Assembly: GCA_965203275.1 (NCBI GenBank)
Contig: OZ241865.1
Span: 2,432,001 to 2,496,000, forward strand
Source of the DNA: Bdellovibrionales bacterium
GTDB lineage: Bacteria; Bdellovibrionota; Bdellovibrionia; Bdellovibrionales; JAUICD01
DNA length: 64,000 nucleotides
Direction of reading: 5' to 3'
Positions within the stretch are counted from its first letter, which is position 1. Each line of letters opens with the position of its first letter. The notes beneath the pieces are model-generated. The model saw only the letters and a program-made list of their open reading frames with translations. It made no database searches and had not been told where the DNA came from. A program made the translations under genes and the position numbers. Shown here one piece after another: positions 23,470 through 34,191 of this stretch.

Positions 23470-24582
23470 TCACTTTGAATGAGATAAAAGAAGTTGGTAG
23501 GCAAGAACAAGTCTGACTTGATCTCGCTGTGTCAATGTAAAGGGGCTTTCATAATAAATAGAGAACGTGCTTTGTTTGTGCTGGATCAAAGCACCTAAAG
23601 TTACTTTTTGTTGAGATGACATTGAAATAATATTATGATCTATATAAAGCTGATTCCATCTGACAAAAAGTGATGAAGAACCAATAAAAGGATACTCTAA
23701 GTCAACATGCCATGAAGATATAAATGCCTTATTTTGATCGATGAAAAGTTCTCCAAAATGAAATTCTGTTTTAATGACAAATTGAGGAATTTCAAGCTCC
23801 ATATAAATATTTCCAAGTTGAAGGGCATAGTTAGGCCAAATCTCTTGTTGAGTTCTAGATTTACCTATAATAGCAGATAGTCCTACATCTATAACATGGG
23901 ATCCCTTCCAACCCCCTTTAGCTCTCCACCAGAGTGTATCCAATGAGGTCGGTGTAGATAAGTTATGCCTTTGAAAATATCCATTATGCACAGCAGCCTC
24001 CACATAAAATCCATGATAGTTTATTAAATAAGATAATCCTAAATCATAGTGTGGGATCAGTGGAAATAAAAGAGAACGAGGTAGGCGAAGCTGAGAATCT
24101 CTCACCCCACCTTCTAAGCCATAAGATAAGGGGATTTGCCCTATCCTCAGCCGACCATAAGCAGACCAATCAGCCTGAATAAAAAAAGATTGCAATCCAT
24201 AATCTTTTTGAGAGAGATTTTTTGAAAGAATATTCTTTAAAAAAGGCCTATCTTCTGCAAATAAGATATGAGTAGAGTAGTTAGATTTTTCTAATGATAA
24301 ATAAGCAGAGGAAGGGAATAATTGGAACTGATTGAATTGACCTTCAAAAGCAAAACCTGGTTGTAAAAAGATTTCACCTGTTAAAATAGCTTTATCTTTT
24401 TGAGGCTTTTGTTCTGCTTTTAAGTCACCTGCTTTTAAGTCAATAGGTTGCTTGTCGAATTTAATACCTGCATATACGACTTGTGGAATAAGAAGCATTA
24501 TTGCTAAACTGCTTGAAATGGTTTTCAAATTTGTAGCTACATGATCATAAAAGCAAAGAATAAAATCACTTAGTTTCTCCAT
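23470..24582 (-). CDS. Hypothetical outer-membrane/porin-like protein
   Basis: Alternating aromatic/hydrophobic beta-strand pattern; G-rich SD before ATG 24582. Confidence 0.55.
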   Translation of the reverse strand: MEKLSDFILCFYDHVATNLKTISSSLAIMLLIPQVVYAGIKFDKQPIDLKAGDLKAEQKPQKDKAILTGEIFLQPGFAFEGQFNQFQLFPSSAYLSLEKSNYSTHILFAEDRPFLKNILSKNLSQKDYGLQSFFIQADWSAYGRLRIGQIPLSYGLEGGVRDSQLRLPRSLLFPLIPHYDLGLSYLINYHGFYVEAAVHNGYFQRHNLSTPTSLDTLWWRAKGGWKGSHVIDVGLSAIIGKSRTQQEIWPNYALQLGNIYMELEIPQFVIKTEFHFGELFIDQNKAFISSWHVDLEYPFIGSSSLFVRWNQLYIDHNIISMSSQQKVTLGALIQHKQSTFSIYYESPFTLTQRDQVRLVLAYQLLLSHSK

Positions 24583-24745
24583 ACTATAACACCCCCCTAT
24601 TGTTTCATAACAATAAAGGTCATTAGAGTCAAATATCTTTTTTAATACCATCAGTAGAAGAGTCTGTCAATTGAAAGACGCCACATCAAAGCTAAGATGA
24701 CAATACATAAAACTATTGCCTTGCAAAATAAAGTAATTGAAAAAA

Positions 24746-26269
24746 TTATTGTTTTTTTACATACATTAAAGGAGTAAAATCACCATTGAGAGAAGGCTTG
24801 TAATTTAAAATTCTTTTATGCACAATAGCCACATCTGTAGGATACCATAGAGGAATGATGGGTAAATCTTTCATAACAAGCTCTTGCACTTTATGATATA
24901 TTGACTTTCTTTTTTCAAGTGACTCTGTTTGAGCAGCTTGTTCTACAAGTCTATCAAGTTCTGTATTTTTATAAAAGCCTCTATTTCTTCCTTTAGGAGG
25001 TATTTCTAAGGAGTGCAGTGCCATTTTGTAGAGGTCAGGAGCCATCACACCCACCCATGTCATAATAGCCATCTGAAAGCGACCTGCTTGAATATCTCCA
25101 TAATAAGTAGCCCACTCAAAACTTTGCATTTGCACATTGAGTCCTGCCTTACGTAGCTGATTGACAATCACTTTTCCTACCTCTACTGAAGTAGGATTAT
25201 TAGAAGTTTTAAGCAGGAGAGGTTTAGGCAGTTCAACTTGACTTAAAACCTTTTGAGATGTTTTTAAGTTATATTCTAAAAGATGAAGCCTTTTATGAAA
25301 AAAAGGATGACTTGGAGTTAAAAGAGATGTGGCAAGGCTAGCTAACCCTGAAAGCTTAAATTGAATAATTTCTTTTCTATTAAAGCCACTTGCAATAGCT
25401 TTCCTCACAGATAGGTCAGATAAGAGAGGATCTTTTAAGTTTAAAAGAATATAGCTCATTTTTAGGCTAGGGTACTTAAAAACTTGAAATTTTTTATTGT
25501 TTTCAAATTGTTTTACTCTGTGAAAAGGTATTCCTGATGGGACAATGTCTAGTTCTTCTTTTAAAGTTTTAAAATAGAGTGTGTTGTCATTTTTAATAAT
25601 TTTGAAAACAACTTCCTTTATTTGAGGGGTGACAATAGGGTGTTGTTCCCTAGCTTTTAATATGATCTCATGGGTAGATTGTTTCTCTAATATAAAAGGC
25701 CCACTGCCTATAATATGTCTATGAAAATGATCTTTGTGCTGAGTGACAATAGCTTGAGGTAAGATCTTTACTACAGATAAATCGGCAAAAAAAGACAAAG
25801 GAGGACGATATTGAGAAAGCACTAACTGAACTTGCAGGCGGCCTTGAACAGTTTCTACTTTGAATTCCTTAATAAAACTTAAACTGCTCTTAAAAGGTCC
25901 TTGAGTGGTGTATTGTTTAAATGTAAAGAGTATATCTTCTTTTGTAATAGGGCGACCATTTGAAAAAGTCAAATTTTTATGTAAGTCAAATGTGTAAGTT
26001 AGATTATTGTAACTCCAACTTTGGGCAGCATCTCCTACAGCTTCTAAATTTGGGCCAATTTTTACTAGAGAATTAAAAATTAAATGAGATATATATTGTC
26101 CGTTTGCATCAGTGGCAAAACGTGGGTCAAGAGTTTGAGGTTGACTTGTAATAGCTACTTGCAGGCTATTTGATAAATTTTTTTGATTTGTGCAAGCTAC
26201 GGAACACACCCAGAAAACTGCACACTTCATTAAAACGAAATACAAATTTAGATTTTTAAAATACATCAC
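24746..26269 (-). CDS. ABC transporter peptide/nickel substrate-binding protein (family 5)
   Basis: TLDPR, IGSGPF, VRKAI, DLPIIPLW. Confidence 0.92.
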   Translation of the reverse strand: MMYFKNLNLYFVLMKCAVFWVCSVACTNQKNLSNSLQVAITSQPQTLDPRFATDANGQYISHLIFNSLVKIGPNLEAVGDAAQSWSYNNLTYTFDLHKNLTFSNGRPITKEDILFTFKQYTTQGPFKSSLSFIKEFKVETVQGRLQVQLVLSQYRPPLSFFADLSVVKILPQAIVTQHKDHFHRHIIGSGPFILEKQSTHEIILKAREQHPIVTPQIKEVVFKIIKNDNTLYFKTLKEELDIVPSGIPFHRVKQFENNKKFQVFKYPSLKMSYILLNLKDPLLSDLSVRKAIASGFNRKEIIQFKLSGLASLATSLLTPSHPFFHKRLHLLEYNLKTSQKVLSQVELPKPLLLKTSNNPTSVEVGKVIVNQLRKAGLNVQMQSFEWATYYGDIQAGRFQMAIMTWVGVMAPDLYKMALHSLEIPPKGRNRGFYKNTELDRLVEQAAQTESLEKRKSIYHKVQELVMKDLPIIPLWYPTDVAIVHKRILNYKPSLNGDFTPLMYVKKQ

Positions 26270-26272
26270 GGA

Positions 26273-26917
26273 TCAGTTGTTTATAATTTCTAAAGAGTTA
26301 TTATCATAAGCATTTGAAGGAAGATCAATAAACCAAGCAAGACCTAAAGTGATATAAGGGGCTTTGATTTTAAATGAATGTTCAAATGAGAAGACGGCAT
26401 ATCCTAATTCTGCCCTTACAGCAAGCTGAGATGAGAATTTATAGCCCAGGGCAGATCCTGCTTGAAAGCCTCCTAAAAATTGAGAGTCGTATAATTTTAA
26501 AACATTTTTAATGCGTTGATCAAAAACAACCACTTGTATAAGGTTGAGTCCTACCAAAATATCTGCAAAAAATCCTCTATAAGTGTCTGTCAGACGAGCA
26601 ATTCTTTGTTTGACTAAAAGAGATAATGCAGAAGCTTGTACCCATCTATTGCCAATTTTACTTACATAACCTTGAGATCTTAAGCCTATGCTAGTATGTC
26701 CAAAGCCTGTATCAATCAGATCATAAAGCATATTAATATGACTGACCCAGGGCAGAGATGTACTTTCATCTTTGTCTTCTCCTACATCTTTTATACTCTT
26801 TTTAAAAGCAGGCCCTAAATGAAATGAAAGCTCTACAGATGCATACGTTTTAGTTGCGTTAGTTACAGAATTTAAAATGAATAACATCATTATAAGATGA
26901 ATTAAATTTTTTATCAT
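26273..26917 (-). CDS. Hypothetical outer-membrane beta-barrel protein
   Basis: Signal peptide; amphipathic strands near the C-terminus (ITLGLAWF). Confidence 0.55.
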   Translation of the reverse strand: MIKNLIHLIMMLFILNSVTNATKTYASVELSFHLGPAFKKSIKDVGEDKDESTSLPWVSHINMLYDLIDTGFGHTSIGLRSQGYVSKIGNRWVQASALSLLVKQRIARLTDTYRGFFADILVGLNLIQVVVFDQRIKNVLKLYDSQFLGGFQAGSALGYKFSSQLAVRAELGYAVFSFEHSFKIKAPYITLGLAWFIDLPSNAYDNNSLEIINN

Positions 26918-26996
26918 AATACCCTTCTTATTTTTTGAAAAGATTTAGGGTGTACCTTTAATGGTGATTCATTTAAAAAATAAAAAATTAATGGAA

Positions 26997-28337
26997 CTAT
27001 ATCCAACTAAAAAACTTACCTAAAATAATGAGTATTATAGATATAGGAGCTACAATGCGCAAGATCCATAAAAAGACATCTCTTGCATAATAGCGGGGGG
27101 TGATCTGTTCTAAGAGTTCTTTAGAAGCAGATGCTCTCCATCCTATAAATAAAGCAATAACCAATCCACCTAATGGCAATAACCAGTTAGAGGTTGTATC
27201 AAAGAAATCAAAAAAAGTTAAACCAAATATTTTGAATTCTGAAAGATGGTTAAAGGATAAAGCACATAAAATGCCTGTAAGAAAGACCACTGCACTTGTC
27301 ATCAATGTAGCTTTTTGACGTGAGATATGATATTTTTCATTAAGAGCAGCTACAGGCACTTCTAAGAGAGAAACAGCTGAGGTGATAGCAGCAAATGCGA
27401 CCAATAAAAAGAAAGCTATTGAAAGTAAGCCTCCTCCAGTCATTTGTATAAACAATGAAGGCAAAGTACTAAAGATCAAAGATGGACCTGCTCCTGGTTC
27501 TAAACCAAAAGAAAACACCACAGAAAAAATCACAATACCAGCAATAATGGCTATTAGAGTATCTAAAATAGATATAGTGATTGCTAATTTAGGGAGAGTT
27601 TCTTTAGTAGAGAGGTAACTACCGTAAGTCATTATAGCTCCCATACCAAGACTCAATGTAAAAAAGGAATGTCCGATAGCACTTAAAACAGATGTCCAAG
27701 TGAGTTGCTCCCAATGAGGTACAAATAAAAAAGTCATAGTTTGACCAAACCCATCAAGAGTCAAAGCTTTAAATAAGAGTAACAATAAAAGACCCATTAG
27801 AGTAGGCATTAAAATTTTGTTCCATTTCTCTAAGCCCTTTTTAACACCTTTGTAGACAATGAAAGTGACTATCCCCATAAAAATAGCATGCCAAAAAATT
27901 TGTCTTGTACTACTTGCTAAAAGGTCACTTAAAAGCCCTTCAATTTCTGTAGTAGATAAGCCAGAAAAGCTCCCCATTAAGGATTTAAACTCAAAATCTA
28001 AAACCCAGCCACCGACAACACTATAGAAAGACAAAATAATTACAGATGTAAAACCCATCCATCCACACAATTGCCATGGGCTGTTTTTCCCTTCTACTTT
28101 ATTGAAAGCATTCAATACACTGGATTGAGATTTTTGACCTATGAAGAGTTCTGCCATAAAAATAGGAATAGCGATCACAGCGATGCAAGCTAGATAAACT
28201 AGTACAAAAGCTCCACCACCGCTTTCTCCTGCCATATATGGGAACTTCCATATATTACCCAATCCAATCGCAGAACCTGCTGCTGCTAAAACAAAACTAA
28301 CCCGACTAGACCAAGATTCTCTTTTTTTATATCCCAT
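26997..28337 (-). CDS. Sodium-dependent transporter (NSS/SNF family)
   Basis: GSAIGLGNIWKFPY, FFTLSLGMG; GGGAGG RBS before ATG 28337. Confidence 0.95.
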   Translation of the reverse strand: MGYKKRESWSSRVSFVLAAAGSAIGLGNIWKFPYMAGESGGGAFVLVYLACIAVIAIPIFMAELFIGQKSQSSVLNAFNKVEGKNSPWQLCGWMGFTSVIILSFYSVVGGWVLDFEFKSLMGSFSGLSTTEIEGLLSDLLASSTRQIFWHAIFMGIVTFIVYKGVKKGLEKWNKILMPTLMGLLLLLLFKALTLDGFGQTMTFLFVPHWEQLTWTSVLSAIGHSFFTLSLGMGAIMTYGSYLSTKETLPKLAITISILDTLIAIIAGIVIFSVVFSFGLEPGAGPSLIFSTLPSLFIQMTGGGLLSIAFFLLVAFAAITSAVSLLEVPVAALNEKYHISRQKATLMTSAVVFLTGILCALSFNHLSEFKIFGLTFFDFFDTTSNWLLPLGGLVIALFIGWRASASKELLEQITPRYYARDVFLWILRIVAPISIILIILGKFFSWI

Positions 28338-28480
28338 GATGACCTCCCTTTTAGTGTCTATAGTATTGTAATGATTATGTGATGATCTTATAACTATTGG
28401 TTTAAATAATATATAACACCTCGCATAAAGTCTGTATATTAGATAAATTTTATAATATATATAATTGTAATATATGCTTT

Positions 28481-29036
28481 TTTCACTCAAAATAAATCAT
28501 GCCTCTGGCATGTTTTCTGGCAGTTAGCCCGACGGCTACCGCCGTCATCAAAGGCTAACTGCCTAGAAAATCCATTTATTTTGAGTAGAGGAGGATCCTT
28601 TTATTCCTCTACACTATGTTAAGGAAAAAGTGTTTTTATTGTCTTAGGAGCAAGCGGGTTTACAAATGAGGAACTTTTTCCTTAACATTGTGTTTATCCG
28701 AGATCTGGGATCTGGGATCCGGCATCTAAATGAACTTTTTCCTTAACATGCAGTAAAAAAATGAAGAGATCCTTCTTCCTAAAATTGAACAAGCTTTTGA
28801 GGTAGCCAGCCTTTGATCGACGGCGATAGCCTTCGGGCTGGTTGTCCATTACCATTCGCATCCAGATTTTTTATTTGTAAGCACAGAATTTCAAAGCCAA
28901 ATGAGTAAAAAGTGATAAAAACTAATGATATAAATGGGAAAGAGTCTGGTCTCAGGGCAATGATTTTGAAATTTAAGAAATAAATTGAAGATCCAGCTCA
29001 AAAGTGACCAGAGGTCAGTTTACTTTTAGTGAAACA
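28481..29036. repeat. Structured repeat cluster; one unit contains a ~150-bp foreign insert
   Basis: Family-1 arms, CCTCTGG hairpin, TGTTAAGGAAA ends. Confidence 0.9.
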
Positions 29037-29287
29037 GATAAAAGGCTCAACAATATATACAACAAAAATTATATATTTAGGATGTTATGCAGTGAGTTTC
29101 TGACCGATCTCCTCAAAGTTGACCTTTCAATTCTCTGAAAGAGGCTTGATCTGGTGAATGCATGAAATTAGAGATCATAGATTCAAAGAAAGGAAACTTT
29201 GAGGGAAACAGTTCACGTATCTCTGAAAGAGGTACGTACGGGTAGATGAAGATCAACGAAGTTAGATAATAAAAGGCTCAAATATCA

Positions 29288-29821
29288 ATGATGGATTTTA
29301 AATTAGAAAAACTTTTTTGGATTGATCTTGAAATGACAGGTTTAGATCCTGAAAGAGAAGTGATCATTGAGGTGGCAGCTATTATTACAGATTTGCAATT
29401 TAAAGAGCTGGATCAATATCATACTGTTGTGAAACAGCCTCAGATATTTTTAGATCAAATGGACCATTGGAATAAAAAAACACATACAGATACAGGCTTA
29501 ATTGATAAAGTGGTGCAGGGCAGGCAACCTAATAAAGTCGAAGATGATCTTATTCAACTTTGCCGTAAGCATTTTAACCCTAAAGAGGTTATTATTGCAG
29601 GCAATTCCATTCATCAAGATAGATTGTTTTTAAATAAATACTTTCCTCAATTCAGTGATATGTTAAATTATCGTATGTTAGATGTTTCTGCTTGGAAGAT
29701 TGTCTTTTATAGTAAATTTAAACAGGCATTTGAAAAGCAAAATAAGCATCAAGCATTAGATGATATTAGAGAGAGCATCAAAGAACTGAAATTTTATACA
29801 GACTTCGTTTCAAAAACTTAA
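29288..29821 (+). CDS. orn: Oligoribonuclease
   Basis: WIDLEMTGLD, GNSIHQDRLFL, HQALDDIRESI. Confidence 0.96.
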   Translation: MMDFKLEKLFWIDLEMTGLDPEREVIIEVAAIITDLQFKELDQYHTVVKQPQIFLDQMDHWNKKTHTDTGLIDKVVQGRQPNKVEDDLIQLCRKHFNPKEVIIAGNSIHQDRLFLNKYFPQFSDMLNYRMLDVSAWKIVFYSKFKQAFEKQNKHQALDDIRESIKELKFYTDFVSKT

Positions 29822-29859
29822 ATTGTATTATAATACTGTCAGTCAAGAGGATATTTTAT

Positions 29860-30465
29860 TTTTCCCAGACCATCAAACAAGCGGATCAAACGGCAGTCGG
29901 GCAATCCAGCATCAGGTATCAGAAGGAACTCCCCAACCCCACCCGCCACCCTTTGATTCTGCTTTTCTATTTTGTTTTTATTTGAGGATAGGACAGTGGG
30001 AGCCTTCCGAAGTCCTCAATTGAGCTTGCTTTTAAGGAGCAAGCTCAATTTGCGGAAGATCTTCAGTCTCCCACTGCCCCATCCTTCTCCCTAATTACTT
30101 CTTTTTTGAAAGTTACGCAGAATCTAAAAAAGAATAAAAAAACAAAAAAACGAAATTCTTTTTCCTTAACATCGTGTCAAAAGAGGAAAGGATCCTCCCC
30201 TACTCAAAATAAATGGATTTTCTAGGCAGTTAGCCTTTGATCGACGACGATAGTCGTCGGGCTAACTGCCAGAAAACATGCCAGAGGCATGATGCATTTT
30301 GAGTGAAATGTTAAGGAAACAAGATATTTATATTTATATTTATATTTATATTTATTTCACTCCCGGGATCCGGGATCAGGCAATCTGGCATCCCGGGATC
30401 TGGGACCTGATGCCGGGTTGCCGGATCCCAGATCCCGGATAGATACAATGTTAGGGAAACAAGGT
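29860..30465. repeat. Structured repeat cluster with family-2 unit (29955-30124), family-1 unit, (TATTTA)5 microsatellite and GGATCC module
   Basis: Direct comparison with the other clusters. Confidence 0.9.
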
Positions 30466-30495
30466 ATTTGTTTCTCTGTATTTTTTAAAAAATGA

Positions 30496-30716
30496 GAGGA
30501 ATTGGGTTTGAAAATTGGTGCAAACACTTGTAGCAATACTGCACCAACAACTAATACGTGTACACCAAACCTTGGTGGAGTCAATAATAGCAATTTAACA
30601 TCGGTGACATTTACAATCGGTGCAATAGGCAATATTATATTGGTGGCAGTCGTTATGACGAATGGACCATGAGTGATGCCAAGGTATTAGCAAACGAGGC
30701 CAATGGTGTTGATTAA
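30496..30716 (+). pseudogene. Type IV pilin C-terminal remnant
   Basis: Translates as ...CTPNLGGVNNSNLTSVTFTIGAIGNI/GGSRYDEWTMSDAKVLANEANGVD* with a 5-bp duplication frameshift; matches the C-termini at 53423-53710 and 60289-61035. Confidence 0.8.
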
Positions 30717-30761
30717 TCACATAATCCTTAATTTTTTAAAGTTTAAGCATGATAGAGCATA

Positions 30762-30781
30762 AAGGCCGCTTGCTACGGCCC
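30762..30781. terminator. Hairpin between convergent pilin remnant and ankyrin gene
   Basis: GGCCG...CGGCC stem; the same hairpin in reverse orientation follows the ankyrin gene at ~40615-40635. Confidence 0.5.
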
Positions 30782-30865
30782 GTATATTCTTATTAAATAG
30801 ATAGTTATTGTGTCGCCTCTCTTAAGAGTCTTTTCACATCTTCTGAAAGTACTTCCTCTCATAGT

Positions 30866-31375
30866 CTAAGATACTCGATCCTTCAATGTCTTCATCAACA
30901 GCTCCGCCGCTAGCAATGCCCTTACAACCTCTATATGTCCTTCAAAACTAGCAATCATTAAAGCCGTGTAGCCAAAACCACTGTCTTGAGGATTGACGTC
31001 CGCACCATTTTCTAGCAATAACCTTACAATATCTATATGGCCTTCAGAACTAGCATAATATAAAGCCGTCTTGCCTATGTTGTTTTGAAGATTGACGTTA
31101 GCTCCGGCTACCAGCAATGCCCTTACAATCTCTATATGACCATATTGGCTTGCTAACATTAAAGCCGTATAGCCATTACTACTTTGATAATTGACGTTAG
31201 CACCACTTTCTAGCAAATTCCTTATATCCTCTATATCGCCCCCTTTAACAGCTTCTATTAAATCCGCATGGATATTTAGAGGTTCATATTGAGGATGAAA
31301 AAGTTGTGTTCCTTCAACATTTTGACATACAACCAGGGACAAAAATAAAAATATAGATAAAAATATATTTCTCAT
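30866..31375 (-). CDS. Secreted ankyrin-repeat protein; 3' end probably frameshifted (ancestral stop near 30805)
   Basis: GYTALMLAS..GH.EIV..LL..GANVN repeats; out-of-frame tail VKRLLREATQ* matches the paralogue's VRLLKEATE*. Confidence 0.85.
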   Translation of the reverse strand: MRNIFLSIFLFLSLVVCQNVEGTQLFHPQYEPLNIHADLIEAVKGGDIEDIRNLLESGANVNYQSSNGYTALMLASQYGHIEIVRALLVAGANVNLQNNIGKTALYYASSEGHIDIVRLLLENGADVNPQDSGFGYTALMIASFEGHIEVVRALLAAELLMKTLKDRVS

Positions 31376-31619
31376 TATTTGATACTCCTTTTAAATTGGT
31401 CTAAATTTCTTTTCTAATGTCATTATAATTAAATTCATTGAGACTCTTGTCCATTTGTTAAGTAGAACCAGAAATTTTCTATCTCTAATTTCGTACATCC
31501 AGTACATCCATCCAGATCAAGCCTCTTTCAGAGATATGCAAAGTCAATAAACTCAAAGCTAACAACGTCTTCAGAGGCAAGTTTCAATAATTAATCACTG
31601 AAACCTGCCCCTTGAGTTT

Positions 31620-31992
31620 GAGAGGCTAACTGTAAGCCGGATTCTGTCCATCAAAAGCCGACGTTATAACTCTTACTTTTGACTGTGTATTTATTCATCT
31701 AGGGGCTACATTACTACAACCCTCAAGTCACAGCATACTTAAGCAAGTGACAGGAGCGATCAACCCGAAAGCTTTATGCTGGCTACATTTTTTATGCTTT
31801 CCTATTTGATCTTGCTTCACACAGAGTTTAGCTGATTTCACTACAGCAACTGGCTTTAAACCAGATCTGTACATACTTTCTGTTCCACTTGTCCTCACCT
31901 TGCGGTGGAAGGGCGTTACCCCCTGTGTTGCCATACGAAGTCCGGACTTTCCTCTTGATTTCATGATCTTAAAACCACTCAACCGACCACTC
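31620..31992 (-). ncRNA. rnpB: RNase P RNA
   Basis: Minus strand has GAGGAAAGTCCGGAC near the 5' end and ACAGAATCCGGCTTAC near the 3' end; ends approximate. Confidence 0.92.
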
Positions 31993-32163
31993 AACCAAGC
32001 AAATACATATCAACCTCATTGTTTATCTTAACAAAAATTGACCTCTTTGACAAATCTTGCTTTACAAACTTGCCACTTTGTTTCATAATAAGACAATTTT
32101 GATGCACTATGACTTAATTTTTATGGTTTTTATATTCAATTCATTATAAAATATTTACTGAGA

Positions 32164-32240
32164 GCGGGAGTAGCTCAATTGGCTAGAGCATCAGCCTTCC
32201 AAGCTGAGGGTTGCGAGTTCAAGTCTCGTCTTCCGCTCCA
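32164..32240 (+). tRNA. tRNA-Gly(TCC)
   Basis: Cloverleaf, anticodon loop CTTCCAA, GTTCAAG T-loop, encoded CCA. Confidence 0.96.
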
Positions 32241-32345
32241 TTTTAACAATACATTTTTAATTTAATTAAGAAGCTATCTTATAAATATAAGTGATTTTAA
32301 TAACTTAAGGCAATGAAGTTAAAATATTTTGTGGCTTATATATAA

Positions 32346-32420
32346 GCCCGCGTAGCTCAGAGGTAGAGCGTACCCTTGGTAAGGGTGAGGTCACGGGTTC
32401 AATTCTCGTCGTGGGCTCCA
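32346..32420 (+). tRNA. tRNA-Thr(GGT)
   Basis: Cloverleaf, anticodon loop TTGGTAA, CCA end; typical position before tuf. Confidence 0.96.
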
Positions 32421-32572
32421 ATCACCTCACAAATAAAAAATAAAAAAATAACAATAAAGATTAAAAAATGTTAAAAAATCATTTATAGTAAATAAATATA
32501 AGGATATAATATTTTAATGACTTTTTGAATAAATTTAAATAAATACAAACAACAAACACAAAGGAGAAAAAC

Positions 32573-33763
32573 ATGGCTAAAGAAAAATTTGAACGCAATA
32601 AGCCTCATGTTAATGTGGGAACAATTGGACATGTGGATCATGGTAAAACAACTTTAACAGCAGCAATTACCAAAACGCTTGCTGAAAAAGGTGGTGCAAC
32701 AGCAATGGATTATGAGCAAATTGACAAAGCACCAGAAGAGAAAGAACGTGGCATTACTATTTCCACTACCCATGTTGAATATGAGACAGAAAAACGTCAC
32801 TACGCTCACGTGGACTGTCCTGGTCATGCTGACTATGTTAAAAACATGATCACAGGAGCAGCTCAAATGGATGGAGCTATTTTGGTGGTTTCTGCAACAG
32901 ATGGTCCTATGCCTCAAACACGAGAACATATCTTGCTTGCTAGACAAGTAGGGGTTCCTGCTATTGTCGTCTTTATGAATAAATGTGATCAAGTAGATGA
33001 CAAGGAGATGTTAGAGTTAGTAGAAGAAGAAATCAGGGAGCTACTTACAAAATATAAATTCCCTGGAAATGATATCCCTATTGTTCAAGGTTCTGCATTA
33101 AAAGCCCTTGAAGGGGATACTTCTGAAATGGGTAAGCCTGCTCTTCTTAAACTAATGGATGCGTGTGATTCTTATATTCCAGAACCAAAAAGAGATATTG
33201 ACAAGACCTTTTTAATGCCTATTGAAGATGTGTTTTCTATCTCTGGTCGAGGAACAGTGGTCACAGGCCGTGTTGAACGTGGCATTGTTAAAGTTAATGA
33301 AGAGGTAGAAATTGTAGGCATCCGGGCAACAACTAAAACCACTGTAACGGGTGTAGAGATGTTCCGTAAACTTTTAGATCAAGGGCAAGCTGGTGATAAC
33401 ATCGGAGCCTTGCTCAGAGGTACTAAAAAAGAAGATGTAGAAAGAGGCCAAGTGCTTGCTAAGCCTGGTACAATCACTCCACATAAAAAGTTCAAGGCAG
33501 AAGCCTACATCTTAACTAAGGAAGAAGGCGGAAGGCATACACCTTTCTTTAAAGGTTACAGACCTCAATTTTACTTTAGAACCACAGATGTGACTGGAGT
33601 CGTCACACTCAAAGAAGGTGTTGAAATGGTCATGCCAGGTGACAATGCAGAAATGTCTGTAGAGTTAATTGCTCCAATTGCTATGGAAAAAGGTGTGCGA
33701 TTTGCCATCCGTGAAGGAGGACGTACAGTGGGTGCAGGAGTGGTCTCTGAAATCACAGATTAA
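32573..33763 (+). CDS. tuf: Elongation factor Tu
   Basis: [31 protein letters not shown]. Confidence 0.99.
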   Translation: MAKEKFERNKPHVNVGTIGHVDHGKTTLTAAITKTLAEKGGATAMDYEQIDKAPEEKERGITISTTHVEYETEKRHYAHVDCPGHADYVKNMITGAAQMDGAILVVSATDGPMPQTREHILLARQVGVPAIVVFMNKCDQVDDKEMLELVEEEIRELLTKYKFPGNDIPIVQGSALKALEGDTSEMGKPALLKLMDACDSYIPEPKRDIDKTFLMPIEDVFSISGRGTVVTGRVERGIVKVNEEVEIVGIRATTKTTVTGVEMFRKLLDQGQAGDNIGALLRGTKKEDVERGQVLAKPGTITPHKKFKAEAYILTKEEGGRHTPFFKGYRPQFYFRTTDVTGVVTLKEGVEMVMPGDNAEMSVELIAPIAMEKGVRFAIREGGRTVGAGVVSEITD

Positions 33764-34191
33764 CTTTTTGTTGATTGACTGTTTGCATGATATTTTCAAA
33801 AAAAGCAGAAGAAGGGGTAAAGGAGTAATATACATTATGTGGGGAGTGGGGAGCTATGAGAATAATTTTTGAAGATATCATGCCTTTTATTCCACTTAAA
33901 ACTTTAACTTAAAACTATTGAAGGTCAATAAATTATATTCCTACAGTATGAATGAGAGCAGTTAAATACACAATTTGTAAATTAAAACAAAGACTCAACA
34001 CAGAGAACAAAGAATTTTAAAAAATAATTCAAAAATTTGACTCATTTGATCAGAAATTTAAAACACACAAACAAAGACTCAGGTAAGATTATTGAAATCC
34101 CTGTTGAAAATAGATTAAAAAAGAAGTTAATAGTTAAAGTCTGTGGATCAAAAAAACCCAAATACATCCAAAAATATCTATTAGGTTAATT

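Noticed and set aside
30357..30632. 91-aa minus-strand ORF
   Set aside because: Spans a repeat module and the antisense of the pilin remnant
31728..31994. 88-aa ORF
   Set aside because: Lies within the RNase P RNA gene
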